DNA from: an uncultured Chromatiales bacterium
Lineage (GTDB): Bacteria > Bacteroidota > Ignavibacteria > SZUA-365
Direction of reading: 5' to 3'
Assembly: GCA_964388275.1 (NCBI GenBank)
Contig: CAYLZD010000010.1
Span: 8,023-72,022 of the forward strand
Length of the DNA stretch: 64,000 nt
Positions 1-8,761 of this stretch are shown piece by piece. A program made the position numbers and the translations under genes. Every line of letters begins with the position of its first letter. The first letter of the stretch is position 1. The notes under the pieces are model-generated. The model saw only the letters and a list, made by a program, of their open reading frames with translations. It had not been told where the DNA came from and searched no databases.

Positions 1-1284
1 GTTCTCCATGTTCGCGGCCGTCGCCGCGTCGTTCTTGTAGTATCCCTTCATTACGCTCGGCCCTTTCGCCCATATCTCGCCGATGCCGTCCGCGTCGGGC
101 TCGTGGATGGCGATTTCCACGTTGCGCAGCGGCAGTCCGGCCGCATCGTCCTTGAATTGCTTCAACCGGTTCAGCGCGAGTATGGGCGAGGTCTCGGTGA
201 GTCCGTAACCCTGTATGAAGGTGAAGCCGAATTCGCGCAGGCCTTTGGCCACGAGCGGATCCGGCGCGGCGCCGCCGGCGATGAAAATGCGCACGGATCC
301 TCCGAAACGCTCGTGCATTTCGCTGAAGATGCGCCGCTTGGCGCCCTTCCATCCGATTTTCTCGAGCGCGTTGGTGATGCGCACGAGGGGCGGGACGATC
401 ACGGACTTGACCCTCTGTTCCTTGATCGATTTGTTTATGCGTCTGAACATCTTGTCGTACAACAGGGGAACACCGAGCATTATGGTGGCCTTCACACGCT
501 GTATGTCGTCCACTATGGTTTTAAGGGAACGGGCGTAATGCACGGACGATCCCATGTACATCGGGCATAGCAGCCCGCAAGTGCATTCGTATGTATGGTG
601 TGTGGGCAGAACGGATAGAAACCGGTCTTCCGGGTGTATCATGATCATGCTGACCATGCCCATCAGGTTAGAGACGAGGTTGCGCTGCGTCAGCTCGACT
701 CCCTTGGCGCGGCCCAGGGATCCGGAAGTGAAGACTATCGCCGCCGTGGCTTCGGGATCGACGGGCGGCAGAGCGTCCTCGCCGCTGCCGGTCTCGGGCG
801 CGATGAGCTGCGTCATGGAGTGGAAACCGTCGCGTTCGGCCGGGAGGTCCATGCTTATGTAATGCTTCAGCTTTTTCAGACCAGAGGCGCGATCGCGCAG
901 CATGTGCTCGAAGGTATCCGAAAAGACTATGGCTTCGGCGTCGGATTCATGAATGATGTTGAGGATTTCATTCTCCGAGAGATTCCTGTCCACCGGCACG
1001 GCAACATAATTGAAGCACTGCGCTGTGAGATAGGCGAGCGCCCACTGGGCCCGGTTTTCCGATAGCACGGCGATGTGGCTGCGCTCGCGCAGTCCGATGC
1101 CGTGCAGCGCCGCTCCGAAGCGACGAATGTCGCGCAGCAGCTCGGAATACGTGAAGCGCTGCATGGGAGTGTTCGCGAGGTCTTCTATCGCGAGTTTGCC
1201 GGGATAGAGCCGCGCCGTCCGGAGAATCATGTCCTGCAGGGACGTGATGGTCGGTACGTCGAATAAGGGTTCTGCCGTGCGCAT
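1..1284 (-). CDS. Long-chain-fatty-acid--CoA ligase (AMP-dependent synthetase/ligase). The 3' end runs off the window start; the start codon is at 1284.
   Basis: Reverse-strand translation from ATG at 1284 gives MRTAEPLFDVPTITSLQDMILRTARLYPGKLAIEDLANTPMQRFTYSELLRD. Further on it contains TSGSLGRAKGV (AMP-binding P-loop-like TSGTTGxPKG) and GYGLTET. The ORF has no stop before the window edge. The plus-strand ORFs at 103-1266 are antisense artefacts. Confidence 0.8.
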   Translation of the reverse strand, partial: MRTAEPLFDVPTITSLQDMILRTARLYPGKLAIEDLANTPMQRFTYSELLRDIRRFGAALHGIGLRERSHIAVLSENRAQWALAYLTAQCFNYVAVPVDRNLSENEILNIIHESDAEAIVFSDTFEHMLRDRASGLKKLKHYISMDLPAERDGFHSMTQLIAPETGSGEDALPPVDPEATAAIVFTSGSLGRAKGVELTQRNLVSNLMGMVSMIMIHPEDRFLSVLPTHHTYECTCGLLCPMYMGSSVHYARSLKTIVDDIQRVKATIMLGVPLLYDKMFRRINKSIKEQRVKSVIVPPLVRITNALEKIGWKGAKRRIFSEMHERFGGSVRIFIAGGAAPDPLVAKGLREFGFTFIQGYGLTETSPILALNRLKQFKDDAAGLPLRNVEIAIHEPDADGIGEIWAKGPSVMKGYYKNDAATAANMEN

Positions 1285-1560
1285 CGTGACACCCGATTTT
1301 TTTTGTTGGGGTTGCTGTATGTTGTAGAAAATACGTTGAATCATGGATAAAGGGAACCAGTGCCATGGGAATAAAATGCAGGATGCGTGAGTAAAATGCT
1401 AAACGCCGCAACTCTGAGAAAAATAAATCCGCCCGAAAATCAATGCATCTGAAATGGAGTCAGAAGTGAAGATAGGCACCGGGACGAGCGAAATAATTCA
1501 TCGGCATCGGTTGCCTGGAGACGTGCCGGCGGAATCGCGCGGCGACTTCCAGTCGCCGCA

Positions 1561-1629
1561 TTGACAATGAACGGGCTGTGCGTTATTTTGCTGTTGACAT
1601 CCGTCAACAACCCGTTCGTTAACGTTGAC
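1561..1629 (+). promoter_or_regulatory. Sigma70-like promoter (TTGACA-17nt-TATTTT) followed by a nested operator with three GTTGAC/GTCAAC hexamers.
   Basis: TTGACA at 1561-1566, a 17-nt spacer, then TATTTT at 1584-1589. A perfect palindrome GTTGAC-ATCC-GTCAAC sits at 1593-1608, a GTTAAC at 1618-1623 and a third GTTGAC at 1624-1629. GGAG at 1630-1633 is 6 nt before the ATG at 1640. Confidence 0.4.
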
Positions 1630-1639
1630 GGAGAATCGA

Positions 1640-1894
1640 ATGTCCCTTAGATGTCGTCACGAATCGAAAGAGGTGGAGAAAGCCATCAGATACGCCGAGG
1701 CACATGGATGGAGACGGAGGAAAACCGGACATTCGGCGCATGCATGGAGCCGGCTCTTCTGTCCCGGAAAAGGCAGGGATGGTTGTCAGATGTCGGTCTG
1801 GGGCACGCCGCGTTCCCCGGAGGATCACGCGAAACAGATTAGGAGGCAGGTGGACCGATGTCCTCACGCTTCAGGAGGCAGAAGTGACGCTTAA
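1640..1894 (+). CDS. Small HicA-like (YcfA-fold) putative mRNA-interferase toxin, 84 aa.
   Basis: MSLRCRHESKEVEKAIRYAEAHGWRRRKTGHSAHAWSRLFCP matches the HicA pattern of G(W/F)xxxRxxGSHh followed by a hydrophobic stretch and P. Its 3' end overlaps the downstream HTH gene by 11 nt. SD GGAG lies 6 nt upstream. Confidence 0.5.
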   Translation: MSLRCRHESKEVEKAIRYAEAHGWRRRKTGHSAHAWSRLFCPGKGRDGCQMSVWGTPRSPEDHAKQIRRQVDRCPHASGGRSDA

Positions 1895-2495
1895 TGATCG
1901 ATCAGAGCATCGGAGCATGAGAATGACCGGGAAATATGAATTCACGCTTGTACTGGCAGGCGTTGCCGATATCACGGAAGAATTGGAGGATTCGCTGTAC
2001 GAGGCAGGATGCGATGACGCTCTCCTGGGAAAAAGAAACGGAGCAGTATTTCTTGACTTCATTCGCGCTTCGACTTCATTCGAGGACGCAGTCATTTCGG
2101 CGATAAATCAAGTCGAATCATGCGGTGCCGGACTCGAAGTAGCCGGCGTCGAACCAGCCCTCCTCGTCAACCAGTCGGAAATCGCAAGACGCCTCGGAAT
2201 AACTAGAGAAAGTGTGAGGTTGATGTCTGAGGGAAAACGCAGGGCGGGAATGTTTCCTCCTCCCGTGACAGGCGTTAAGTCGAATTCCCCGCTTTGGAAT
2301 TGGGCTGTTCTTCTGACGGACATCGGGGAGGACATGGGAACGGATTTCACCGAACAACAGAAAGCCGCAGAACTGTCCGACATTATTCTTGCGCTCGATA
2401 TCCGGCGAAACAGGAATCGCCTGCATAGAGTCGCCTCGGTGCTTAAACGACTCGGCGTCCCAATCAAGCTACGGATTCATGGTGAACGGCTTTGA
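1884..2495 (+). CDS. HicB-like antitoxin / HTH DNA-binding protein. GTG start at 1884 with an AGGAGG SD 5 nt upstream; the alternative ATG is at 1917.
   Basis: AGGAGG at 1873-1878 and an in-frame GTG at 1884. The N-terminal about 100-aa domain reads YEFTLVLAGVADITEELEDSLYEAGCDDALLGKRNGAVFLDF. A helix-turn-helix follows (NQSEIARRLGITRESVRLM). The start overlaps the upstream toxin-like gene. Confidence 0.5.
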   Translation: MTLNDRSEHRSMRMTGKYEFTLVLAGVADITEELEDSLYEAGCDDALLGKRNGAVFLDFIRASTSFEDAVISAINQVESCGAGLEVAGVEPALLVNQSEIARRLGITRESVRLMSEGKRRAGMFPPPVTGVKSNSPLWNWAVLLTDIGEDMGTDFTEQQKAAELSDIILALDIRRNRNRLHRVASVLKRLGVPIKLRIHGERL

Positions 2496-2552
2496 GCAGG
2501 TCAGCCTGTTCACAGTGATCGAATGCAGGTGAACGGCGACTTGTCCATGTGC

Positions 2553-3275
2553 TCAGAGCATCGCAGTCGACGCTCCCAGTATGAAGAGCAATCCCAGGGT
2601 CACCCGGCGGAAAAGAACCTCATCGATATGCCTGCTGATGCGGACGCCGGCCGCGGTTCCGAGCACGAGCGCCGGAAGCAGGCCCGCCGAGGTCAGGACC
2701 TCCTCGGTTCCACACAAGCCGGCGGGAATCATTCCGGCGAGCGTCACGATGTTGAGCAGGAAAAAATACGCGCTTATGTTCGTGCGGAACGAATCCTTGC
2801 GCAGCCGCTCCATGGAGAAATAAGCGATGATCGGAGGTCCCGACAGCGATACGCTGCCGTTCAGCACTCCGCTCAGAAAACCGAAAACGTAAGGCCGGCC
2901 GAAGCGGGCGTTTCTCATGAATGAAAAATCGGCCGCGGCCAGGAGGGCGAACGCCGCTATCACCGCGCCGGCGGCGGTTTTGAGATGCCCGGCGCTGATC
3001 ACCGAGAGTATCCAGATGCCTGCGGGGACGCCGATGGCGGCGGGCAGAAGTATGGAAACGATGGTCTTGAAACGCAGCTCTTCCACATGATCCTTGGCCA
3101 CCCACAGGTTCGTGACGATGCTCAACAATACGAGCACCGGCACCGCCTCGCGCATGCCCAATATCATTCCCAGCAGCGGAAGAGCGAGCAGCGATATCCC
3201 GAATCCCGTGATCCCCTGAATGCAGGCCGCGGCAAGCAGCACCAGGCTGCCCGTCAGGATCTGTTCGGGTATCAT
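2553..3275 (-). CDS. TauE/SafE family sulfite/anion exporter (DUF81) membrane protein.
   Basis: 240 aa and polytopic. The translation has the internal duplicated halves and GxGxG-like motifs (QGITGFGISLLALPLL; GVLNGSVSLSGPPIIAYF) typical of TauE/SafE. The start overlaps the upstream gene stop by 4 nt. Confidence 0.85.
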   Translation of the reverse strand: MIPEQILTGSLVLLAAACIQGITGFGISLLALPLLGMILGMREAVPVLVLLSIVTNLWVAKDHVEELRFKTIVSILLPAAIGVPAGIWILSVISAGHLKTAAGAVIAAFALLAAADFSFMRNARFGRPYVFGFLSGVLNGSVSLSGPPIIAYFSMERLRKDSFRTNISAYFFLLNIVTLAGMIPAGLCGTEEVLTSAGLLPALVLGTAAGVRISRHIDEVLFRRVTLGLLFILGASTAML

Positions 3276-3772
3276 CCCGGTAAATCGTCGTCATCCCCCG
3301 CTTCGTAATCCACTTCGCGGACGCGTTTGGTGTCGCGCAGAATCTCGACGCTGCGCCTGATCTCGTCGCGCAGCTTCTCCACTTCGGGGATAGCCTGCAG
3401 TGTCACCACCGGTGTCGATCTGTCGGAGGTGTTCATTACGAGTATTCCCCGGCGGACGAGGCGGAGGGAGAATGGCGAGACTATGGAGTAATCCTTCACG
3501 CGGTACAGTTCGAGTTCCTGCGTTTTGCGCGTGAAGACTCCTGTCGAGATAATTATGCGTTGATTGCTGACGCTGTATTTCGTGAATTTCGTTTTGAACC
3601 AGCGCGCGGCCGCGAAAGGCAGAATAAGGGCGGGGATGGCGAAAAGATACCACCAGTATTCGAACCACGGCGAGATCGCGAAAGGCACGATGATGAAAAG
3701 CAGCAGGATGAAGTACCATCCGAAATTCAGCCAATGCGAGGGTGTGCCCGTCCAGATGTTATTTTCTTCCAT
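3272..3772 (-). CDS. Bacterial PH-domain (bPH_2, YdbS/YdbT-like) membrane protein.
   Basis: Two N-terminal TM helices, then LYRVKDYSIVSPFSLRLVRRGILVMNTSDRSTPVVTLQAIPEVEKLRDEI, which is typical of PF03703. The start is chosen at MEENNIW (3772); the longer ORF reaches 3808. Confidence 0.7.
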   Translation of the reverse strand: MEENNIWTGTPSHWLNFGWYFILLLFIIVPFAISPWFEYWWYLFAIPALILPFAAARWFKTKFTKYSVSNQRIIISTGVFTRKTQELELYRVKDYSIVSPFSLRLVRRGILVMNTSDRSTPVVTLQAIPEVEKLRDEIRRSVEILRDTKRVREVDYEAGDDDDLPG

Positions 3773-3989
3773 GGTATTCGGCTCCGATGATCCAGTGTGA
3801 TACCGCAAATGTACGCAACGGCTCGGTTATCGTAAACTGGGATCCCGGATGACCTGTTTTCCCGCAAAACACACGAAACAAGCGAAACAGGCTGGAAAAA
3901 ATGGAGAGTAAGGATGTTTCGTGTCCTTCGCCTGTTCCGCGGGGGATCGATGCGGTTAAACTGCTTGTGGAAGGACTTGTACACTCCCC

Positions 3990-4600
3990 GCGCAAACCAG
4001 CAGGCGTCCTCGCGGCGACCTGCACTGCCACTCGCGCAACCCAGCAGGCGTCCTTTTAACGGCTCGCACAAGTCCTTTTATCGGCTTGCACTGTTTTTCC
4101 GCCGTGCGCAGTGTCCTTCGCGGCGGCCTGCACGGGCGCTCATGACAACTTGCGAGCGTCCTCGTGAGGACCTGCACAGGCACTCGCGCGAACTTCCCGG
4201 CACTTTTTGCGCGCTGACGAGCACCGGAAGCAGACTTTCACGCGCTCTTACATGCTTGCATGGCACTTGATGTATATTCGCAGGCAGCTTTTACGCACTT
4301 GCGGGCGTCCTCGCGGCGGCCTGCACGGGCACTCGTGACAACTTGCGAGCGTCCTCGTTAGGACCTGCACAGGCGCTCGCGCGAACCTCCCGGCACTTTT
4401 TGCGCGCTGACGAGCACCGGAAGCAGACTTTCACGCGCTCTTACATGCTTGCATGGCACTTGATGTATATTCGCAGGCAGCTTTTACGCACTTGCGGGCG
4501 TCCTCGCGGCGGCCTGCACGGGCACTCGTGACAACTTGCGAGCGTCCTCGTGGGGACCTGCACAGTCACTCGCGCAATCTGCCCGGCACTTATCGCGCGC
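3990..4600. repeat. Hierarchical tandem repeat array. A 193-bp unit is present in about 2.5 near-identical copies (4098-4290, 4291-4483, 4484 to about 4595) plus a degenerate leading copy. Each unit carries two about 44-bp sub-repeats.
   Basis: Direct comparison shows 'ttacgcacttgcgggcgtcctcgcggcggcctgcacgggcactcgtgacaacttgcgagcgtcctcg' at 4291 and again at 4484, a period of 193. The sub-repeats have the consensus GCG(A/G)GCGTCCTCG..GACCTGCAC.GGCACTCGCG and contain the hairpin GTCCTC-GT-GAGGAC. Confidence 0.9.
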
Positions 4601-4665
4601 CGACGACGGCTTTTCGTATGGGGTGAGGTCGAATCCGATTCCTTCCGGTCGCGGTTCCGGCCCGT

Positions 4666-5100
4666 CTACAATTCTTTCGCCAGGTCCGCAATCTGCTTCA
4701 GTATCCCCAGGCGTTTTTCGAGCATGCTGATCTCGATCTGCACGGCCTCGAGGGATACGAAACCCGCGCTAGTGTCGTTCGGCGGAAATTCCAGCGCCTT
4801 GTCTTCCTTGGCGATCTTCACCGCATTGGTTACAGCGCTTTTGGGCTTCCTGCCCGGCTTCTTGCGCTCAATGGACGCCGTGGGGGCCGTTCCGCTCTTG
4901 AAACCGTTATAGTAGGATTGTATCGCCGAAAACACCTTGTCCGTGATTCTTTTTGAATCACCCTTGGCGATTTTTGAAACAGTGAGACTGTTGACTCCTG
5001 TGGCCCGCGCTATACCCGCAATGCTCAGCGATCCGCGCAGTTCGTCGACCATGCGTTCAGCCAGGAGAACCCGGTCTTCGTTTGGTTGTTTACTGCTCAT
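4666..5100 (-). CDS. Small DNA-binding protein with an N-terminal HTH, an AT-hook (KKPGRKPK) and a C-terminal coiled coil.
   Basis: 144 aa. SLSIAGIARATGVNSLTVSKIAKG is HTH-like. RKKPGRKPKS is a GRP-type AT-hook. The C-terminal IEISMLEKRLGILKQIADLAKEL is heptad-like. Confidence 0.6.
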   Translation of the reverse strand: MSSKQPNEDRVLLAERMVDELRGSLSIAGIARATGVNSLTVSKIAKGDSKRITDKVFSAIQSYYNGFKSGTAPTASIERKKPGRKPKSAVTNAVKIAKEDKALEFPPNDTSAGFVSLEAVQIEISMLEKRLGILKQIADLAKEL

Positions 5101-5348
5101 TTTTTCTCCAATGATGTGTGATGTTCCGGGATTGAATGTGCGAAATATGCTTATATTCGGAATAAATGCAACTCGATTCTCTGCAATCCGCCGAACGGAA
5201 TCCGGCGCACTCGAAACGAAGCGGTCGGCGTGTTACGATTACGTGGTTGGAGTGTCAACCTGGCATATCGCGCTTGTGCGTATAAATCCATGAGCGGTGC
5301 GCGCGGAACAATATACCGTTTATTACACGTCAAACCACATCCACCAAT

Positions 5349-7619
5349 GTGTGCATCATGAAGCATCTTATGTGTGTCACCATGCCCGCGGTTTTGCTCG
5401 CGTTTCAGGCGGTGGTGTTCCTCTTGCCTTCTCACGACGCCTTGGCTCAACCGACACTTCATTTCAACCGCATCGAGGTCAACTGGCCCCAGGTTGAGCT
5501 ATGGTTCTCGGTGGATTGCAACGGAATACCCAATTTCGACGTTTCGAAATTCGATCTTCACGTCCGGGAGAACGGCACTCCGGTCGGCAACTTCGTCGTT
5601 GATTGCGGGGATTCCAAGCCCCGTTGTCCGCTCTCGGCGGCGCTGGTGTTCGACGCCAGCGGCAGCATGACAGGCATCGGCATATTCGACGCCAAGGAGG
5701 CGGGGAAGGCTTTCGTGGACGCCATGGACCCCGCGAACGACGAGGCGTGCATCATCGCGTTCAGCAGTCAGGTGACGGTGCTGCAGACGATGACAAGTTC
5801 CAAATCGTTGCTCAACGCGGCCATCGATTCGATATTCGCACGGGGCGGCACCGCCTTGATAGACGGCGCCTACGCCGGCATCCACGAGCTTGCGTCGAAC
5901 GGAATCCGTCCATGTAAGGCGGTAATTGTCCTGTCCGACGGTGTGGACAACATGAGCAGGCGCCGAATCGAGGAAGCGACCGATTTTGCCGTGAGCGAAG
6001 GCATACGAGTGTACACCATCGGCCTGGGGGTCCACATCGATACCGCCATGCTTCGCGATATCGCCATGCGCAGCGGCGGGCGGTTCTTCCTGTGTTCCTC
6101 GTCAAGGGAACTCGTCGACGTTTACAGGGCGATCGCCATGCTCGCAACGCGCGACACGTTGGACTGCGTAATCCGCTACACGGGCAGCTGCATCGACGGG
6201 GGGGAGCGTATTGTGGATCTTGCGGTCCGCAATTACTGCGGAGGTTCGGACAGCGCCTCGCTCGTTTTCAGGGCGCCGGACAATATCGGCCGCTACAGGC
6301 CTCTGGCCCTCGGTCTGCGGGGTTCGACGACGGTGGAAACCTCCGCAGCCGGGGCGGCGGTGGACCTGCTCGACACACTGAGCGGAGAGCTCTTTCCGAC
6401 CTTGGATCTGCTCATCTCCTATGATTCGATGCTGCTCGGTGCCCCGGCGCTTTCAGGGGCCGGTTCACTCTTATCGCCGTTCGACGGAAGCGTGGCGCTG
6501 ATGCGGCCCGGATTGGCCCATGTGCGTCTCCTGGGGCCGCGCAGCGTATCGGGCGCAGGTCGGCTCTTCCGGCTGGAGTTCCCGGCCGCCGCGGTGAACG
6601 ACACGGTTTGCGCCGGAGTGGCGATCGCATATGCTTCTTTCGACGAGGGGTGCTTCATCCCTTCTCTCGATTCATCGCAGCTCTGCATTCTGCCCTGTCT
6701 TTTGTCGCCGACTGTCGAACCGTCGGGTCCTGTCGATTTCTGCGAAGGCGACACAGTGTCGTTGCGCACACAGCCGGGACATCCGCGCTATGCCTGGCAC
6801 AGAAACGGCCTGCCGCTTTCCGATACTCTTTCCGAGTTGCGGACCGGTTCGGGAGGCGAATATCATGTTCTGGTCGTCGACTCGCTAGGATGCGTCGCCG
6901 TGTCCGCGCCGGTCGAGCTCAAAGCGTTGTCGCGGCTGTCGGGCAGCGCGGGCAACGGGGACACGATCGTCGCGAAGCAGGGCGACATCATACCGGTTCC
7001 GATAAGGCTTCGACCTTTCATCGGCGCGGGCCGCCGCGTCACGGCCCGAATTACATTGACGTGGGATCCGTCGAAGCTCGAACTACTCGACGCATACAGA
7101 ATGCGCGGAAGCGAGTGGCCCGACAGCTCTTTCGTTCGAGCCGATCCCGGCCGGCTGGATGTCGGCATGTCTGACACCGCGTCGGGAGCTGGGGAGGACT
7201 TGTTTACGGCCGCTTTCCGGGTGAATGCCTCGCGTGTTCCGACACCGGAGCGGATCGTCTGCGAAGCGTCGATTTCCACCGGCTGCGACGGCGAATGGCG
7301 CGTCGAGCACCCGGTGATACTCGTCGACGGCTATTGCGAACCCTTGTTGACGAGGATCTCGACGCCTGCCGTATACAACTCGCCCAATCCGTTTTCAGAC
7401 GAGACCGCGATCACCGTCGAAAATCCTTCCGGCGGATTCTGCTCGCTGCTGCTGACCGACGCTTTCGGGCGTCTGCTCGAATGTCTGTATGAAGGAGAAA
7501 CCGGGAGCCGGGACCGGACAATCCGCTTCAAAGCCGGGTCTTATCCCGCCGGAACATATTTTCTCGTGCTGCGCACGCCGGATTCCGGCGCGGTGCGCGG
7601 CATGCATATTCTTCGTTGA
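5349..7619 (+). CDS. von Willebrand factor A domain protein with Ig-like domains and a T9SS C-terminal sorting domain.
   Basis: Signal peptide. The vWA MIDAS motif is VFDASGSMTG...GGTALIDGAY...LSDGVDN. The C-terminus NPFSDETAITVENP...GTYFLVLRTPDSGAVRGMHIL matches the T9SS CTD pattern. Confidence 0.85.
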   Translation: MCIMKHLMCVTMPAVLLAFQAVVFLLPSHDALAQPTLHFNRIEVNWPQVELWFSVDCNGIPNFDVSKFDLHVRENGTPVGNFVVDCGDSKPRCPLSAALVFDASGSMTGIGIFDAKEAGKAFVDAMDPANDEACIIAFSSQVTVLQTMTSSKSLLNAAIDSIFARGGTALIDGAYAGIHELASNGIRPCKAVIVLSDGVDNMSRRRIEEATDFAVSEGIRVYTIGLGVHIDTAMLRDIAMRSGGRFFLCSSSRELVDVYRAIAMLATRDTLDCVIRYTGSCIDGGERIVDLAVRNYCGGSDSASLVFRAPDNIGRYRPLALGLRGSTTVETSAAGAAVDLLDTLSGELFPTLDLLISYDSMLLGAPALSGAGSLLSPFDGSVALMRPGLAHVRLLGPRSVSGAGRLFRLEFPAAAVNDTVCAGVAIAYASFDEGCFIPSLDSSQLCILPCLLSPTVEPSGPVDFCEGDTVSLRTQPGHPRYAWHRNGLPLSDTLSELRTGSGGEYHVLVVDSLGCVAVSAPVELKALSRLSGSAGNGDTIVAKQGDIIPVPIRLRPFIGAGRRVTARITLTWDPSKLELLDAYRMRGSEWPDSSFVRADPGRLDVGMSDTASGAGEDLFTAAFRVNASRVPTPERIVCEASISTGCDGEWRVEHPVILVDGYCEPLLTRISTPAVYNSPNPFSDETAITVENPSGGFCSLLLTDAFGRLLECLYEGETGSRDRTIRFKAGSYPAGTYFLVLRTPDSGAVRGMHILR

Positions 7620-7664
7620 GGAACGCCAGCCGTTGCGCCTTGTCAAGGAAAAGGACGCGGCATG

Positions 7665-8630
7665 TCAGATTTTGTCCCCGAACAGGCGCCGCACCCTCTC
7701 CCTATGGAAGGCTTTTTTGCGGAGTTCGAGAGCTTCGAGCGTCTTTGAAATATGCGCGGCAGCCGTTGACAGCGAGCAATCCACCGCAATGCCTTCGGCT
7801 CGAGCGAAGTACGAGGCGGCCGTGTCGAGCACTTTTTCGTGCGGATTGCCGGTGAGAATGCGCAGAATGAGCTCATCGGCGAGGCCGGCGGTGCCGGCAT
7901 TGGAGCGGGAGAGCGGGCCGAGTATGGTTCGCGCGGCGTAGTTCAGCATGCCCCGCTCGAGGTCTTCGAGCATATCCTCCAGATCATCGATCATCTGCCA
8001 GGCGACGGCCAGCGCATCGCAGCATTCCGCGAGAGGCGAGGCGAGACGGGGCCGGCCACTGAGCTCGCAGGCGGCCTGAACGCCGATGCGCAGGGCGGAG
8101 TTTGTTCCCGCATAGAGGCGCGGCAGGCGTGACGGCGAGCTCCTGAAATTCCGTCCGGCATCGGCAATCCGCGCTATGCTTTCACAGCTTGCCACGATCA
8201 GCATTTCATAATTCCGCCAGAATGGAGCGCGCGATTCGAACAGCGTTCTGAAAGTCGCGGCGGCTTCCGAGTAGAAAAGTGTGGCGGCGAAAATGCCGTT
8301 TCTGTTCGCCGCCTGCCCGTCGTATACGTCATCCTGAAGCCGCAGCGCCAGGAAAATGCAGGTCTGAGCCCATAGAATCCCCCTCAGTTGTCTTTGACGC
8401 AGAGGCGCCGGCCGGCGTCTATCGTGCGCCGCCGTGTAAACCGCGGCCGGTATCACGGCCCAGTAAGGGCCCAGCCTGCCGGCGGAATCGACTTCTGCTT
8501 CGAAGTCCAGATACGTCCGAAGGCGGCGCAGATACGGCCTTATCGCCTCGCGCAGCGCAGGGGATTGCGCGGCGGTGAATTCCGCCATCCTCTCCAGAAG
8601 CGTCATCGCTCGACCGTGTCCAGGGAACAT
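7665..8630 (-). CDS. Polyprenyl synthetase (trans-isoprenyl diphosphate synthase) family protein, divergent and possibly ComQ-like.
   Basis: There are two aspartate-rich motifs about 130 aa apart: LRLQDDVYDGQAANRNG (FARM-like DDxxD...RxG) and AWQMIDDLEDMLEDLERG (SARM-like FQIxDDxxD). The protein is 321 aa, typical for this fold. Confidence 0.55.
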   Translation of the reverse strand: MFPGHGRAMTLLERMAEFTAAQSPALREAIRPYLRRLRTYLDFEAEVDSAGRLGPYWAVIPAAVYTAAHDRRRPAPLRQRQLRGILWAQTCIFLALRLQDDVYDGQAANRNGIFAATLFYSEAAATFRTLFESRAPFWRNYEMLIVASCESIARIADAGRNFRSSPSRLPRLYAGTNSALRIGVQAACELSGRPRLASPLAECCDALAVAWQMIDDLEDMLEDLERGMLNYAARTILGPLSRSNAGTAGLADELILRILTGNPHEKVLDTAASYFARAEGIAVDCSLSTAAAHISKTLEALELRKKAFHRERVRRLFGDKI

Positions 8631-8761
8631 TTCATTGGAGCCGATAAGCGGGTGTGGTCAACCGCCACGGCTGCGGCGCATGGAGCAGCCCATTTCGACA
8701 TGAACACCGGGACGGCCGCGGACACGGCCGCCCCGGTCCATCATTCCTCTGCAAGGTGAGA

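Noticed and set aside
103-1266. Plus-strand ORFs (103-570, 215-538, 634-1065 and others) at the window start
   Set aside because: They are antisense to a clearly recognisable AMP-binding fatty-acid-CoA ligase on the minus strand. They are typical high-GC antisense open frames.
3990-4600. Possible CRISPR array suggested by repeated ~44-bp elements
   Set aside because: The sub-repeats are adjacent, not separated by unique spacers. The intervening about 105 bp is itself part of a 193-bp repeated unit. No cas genes are nearby.
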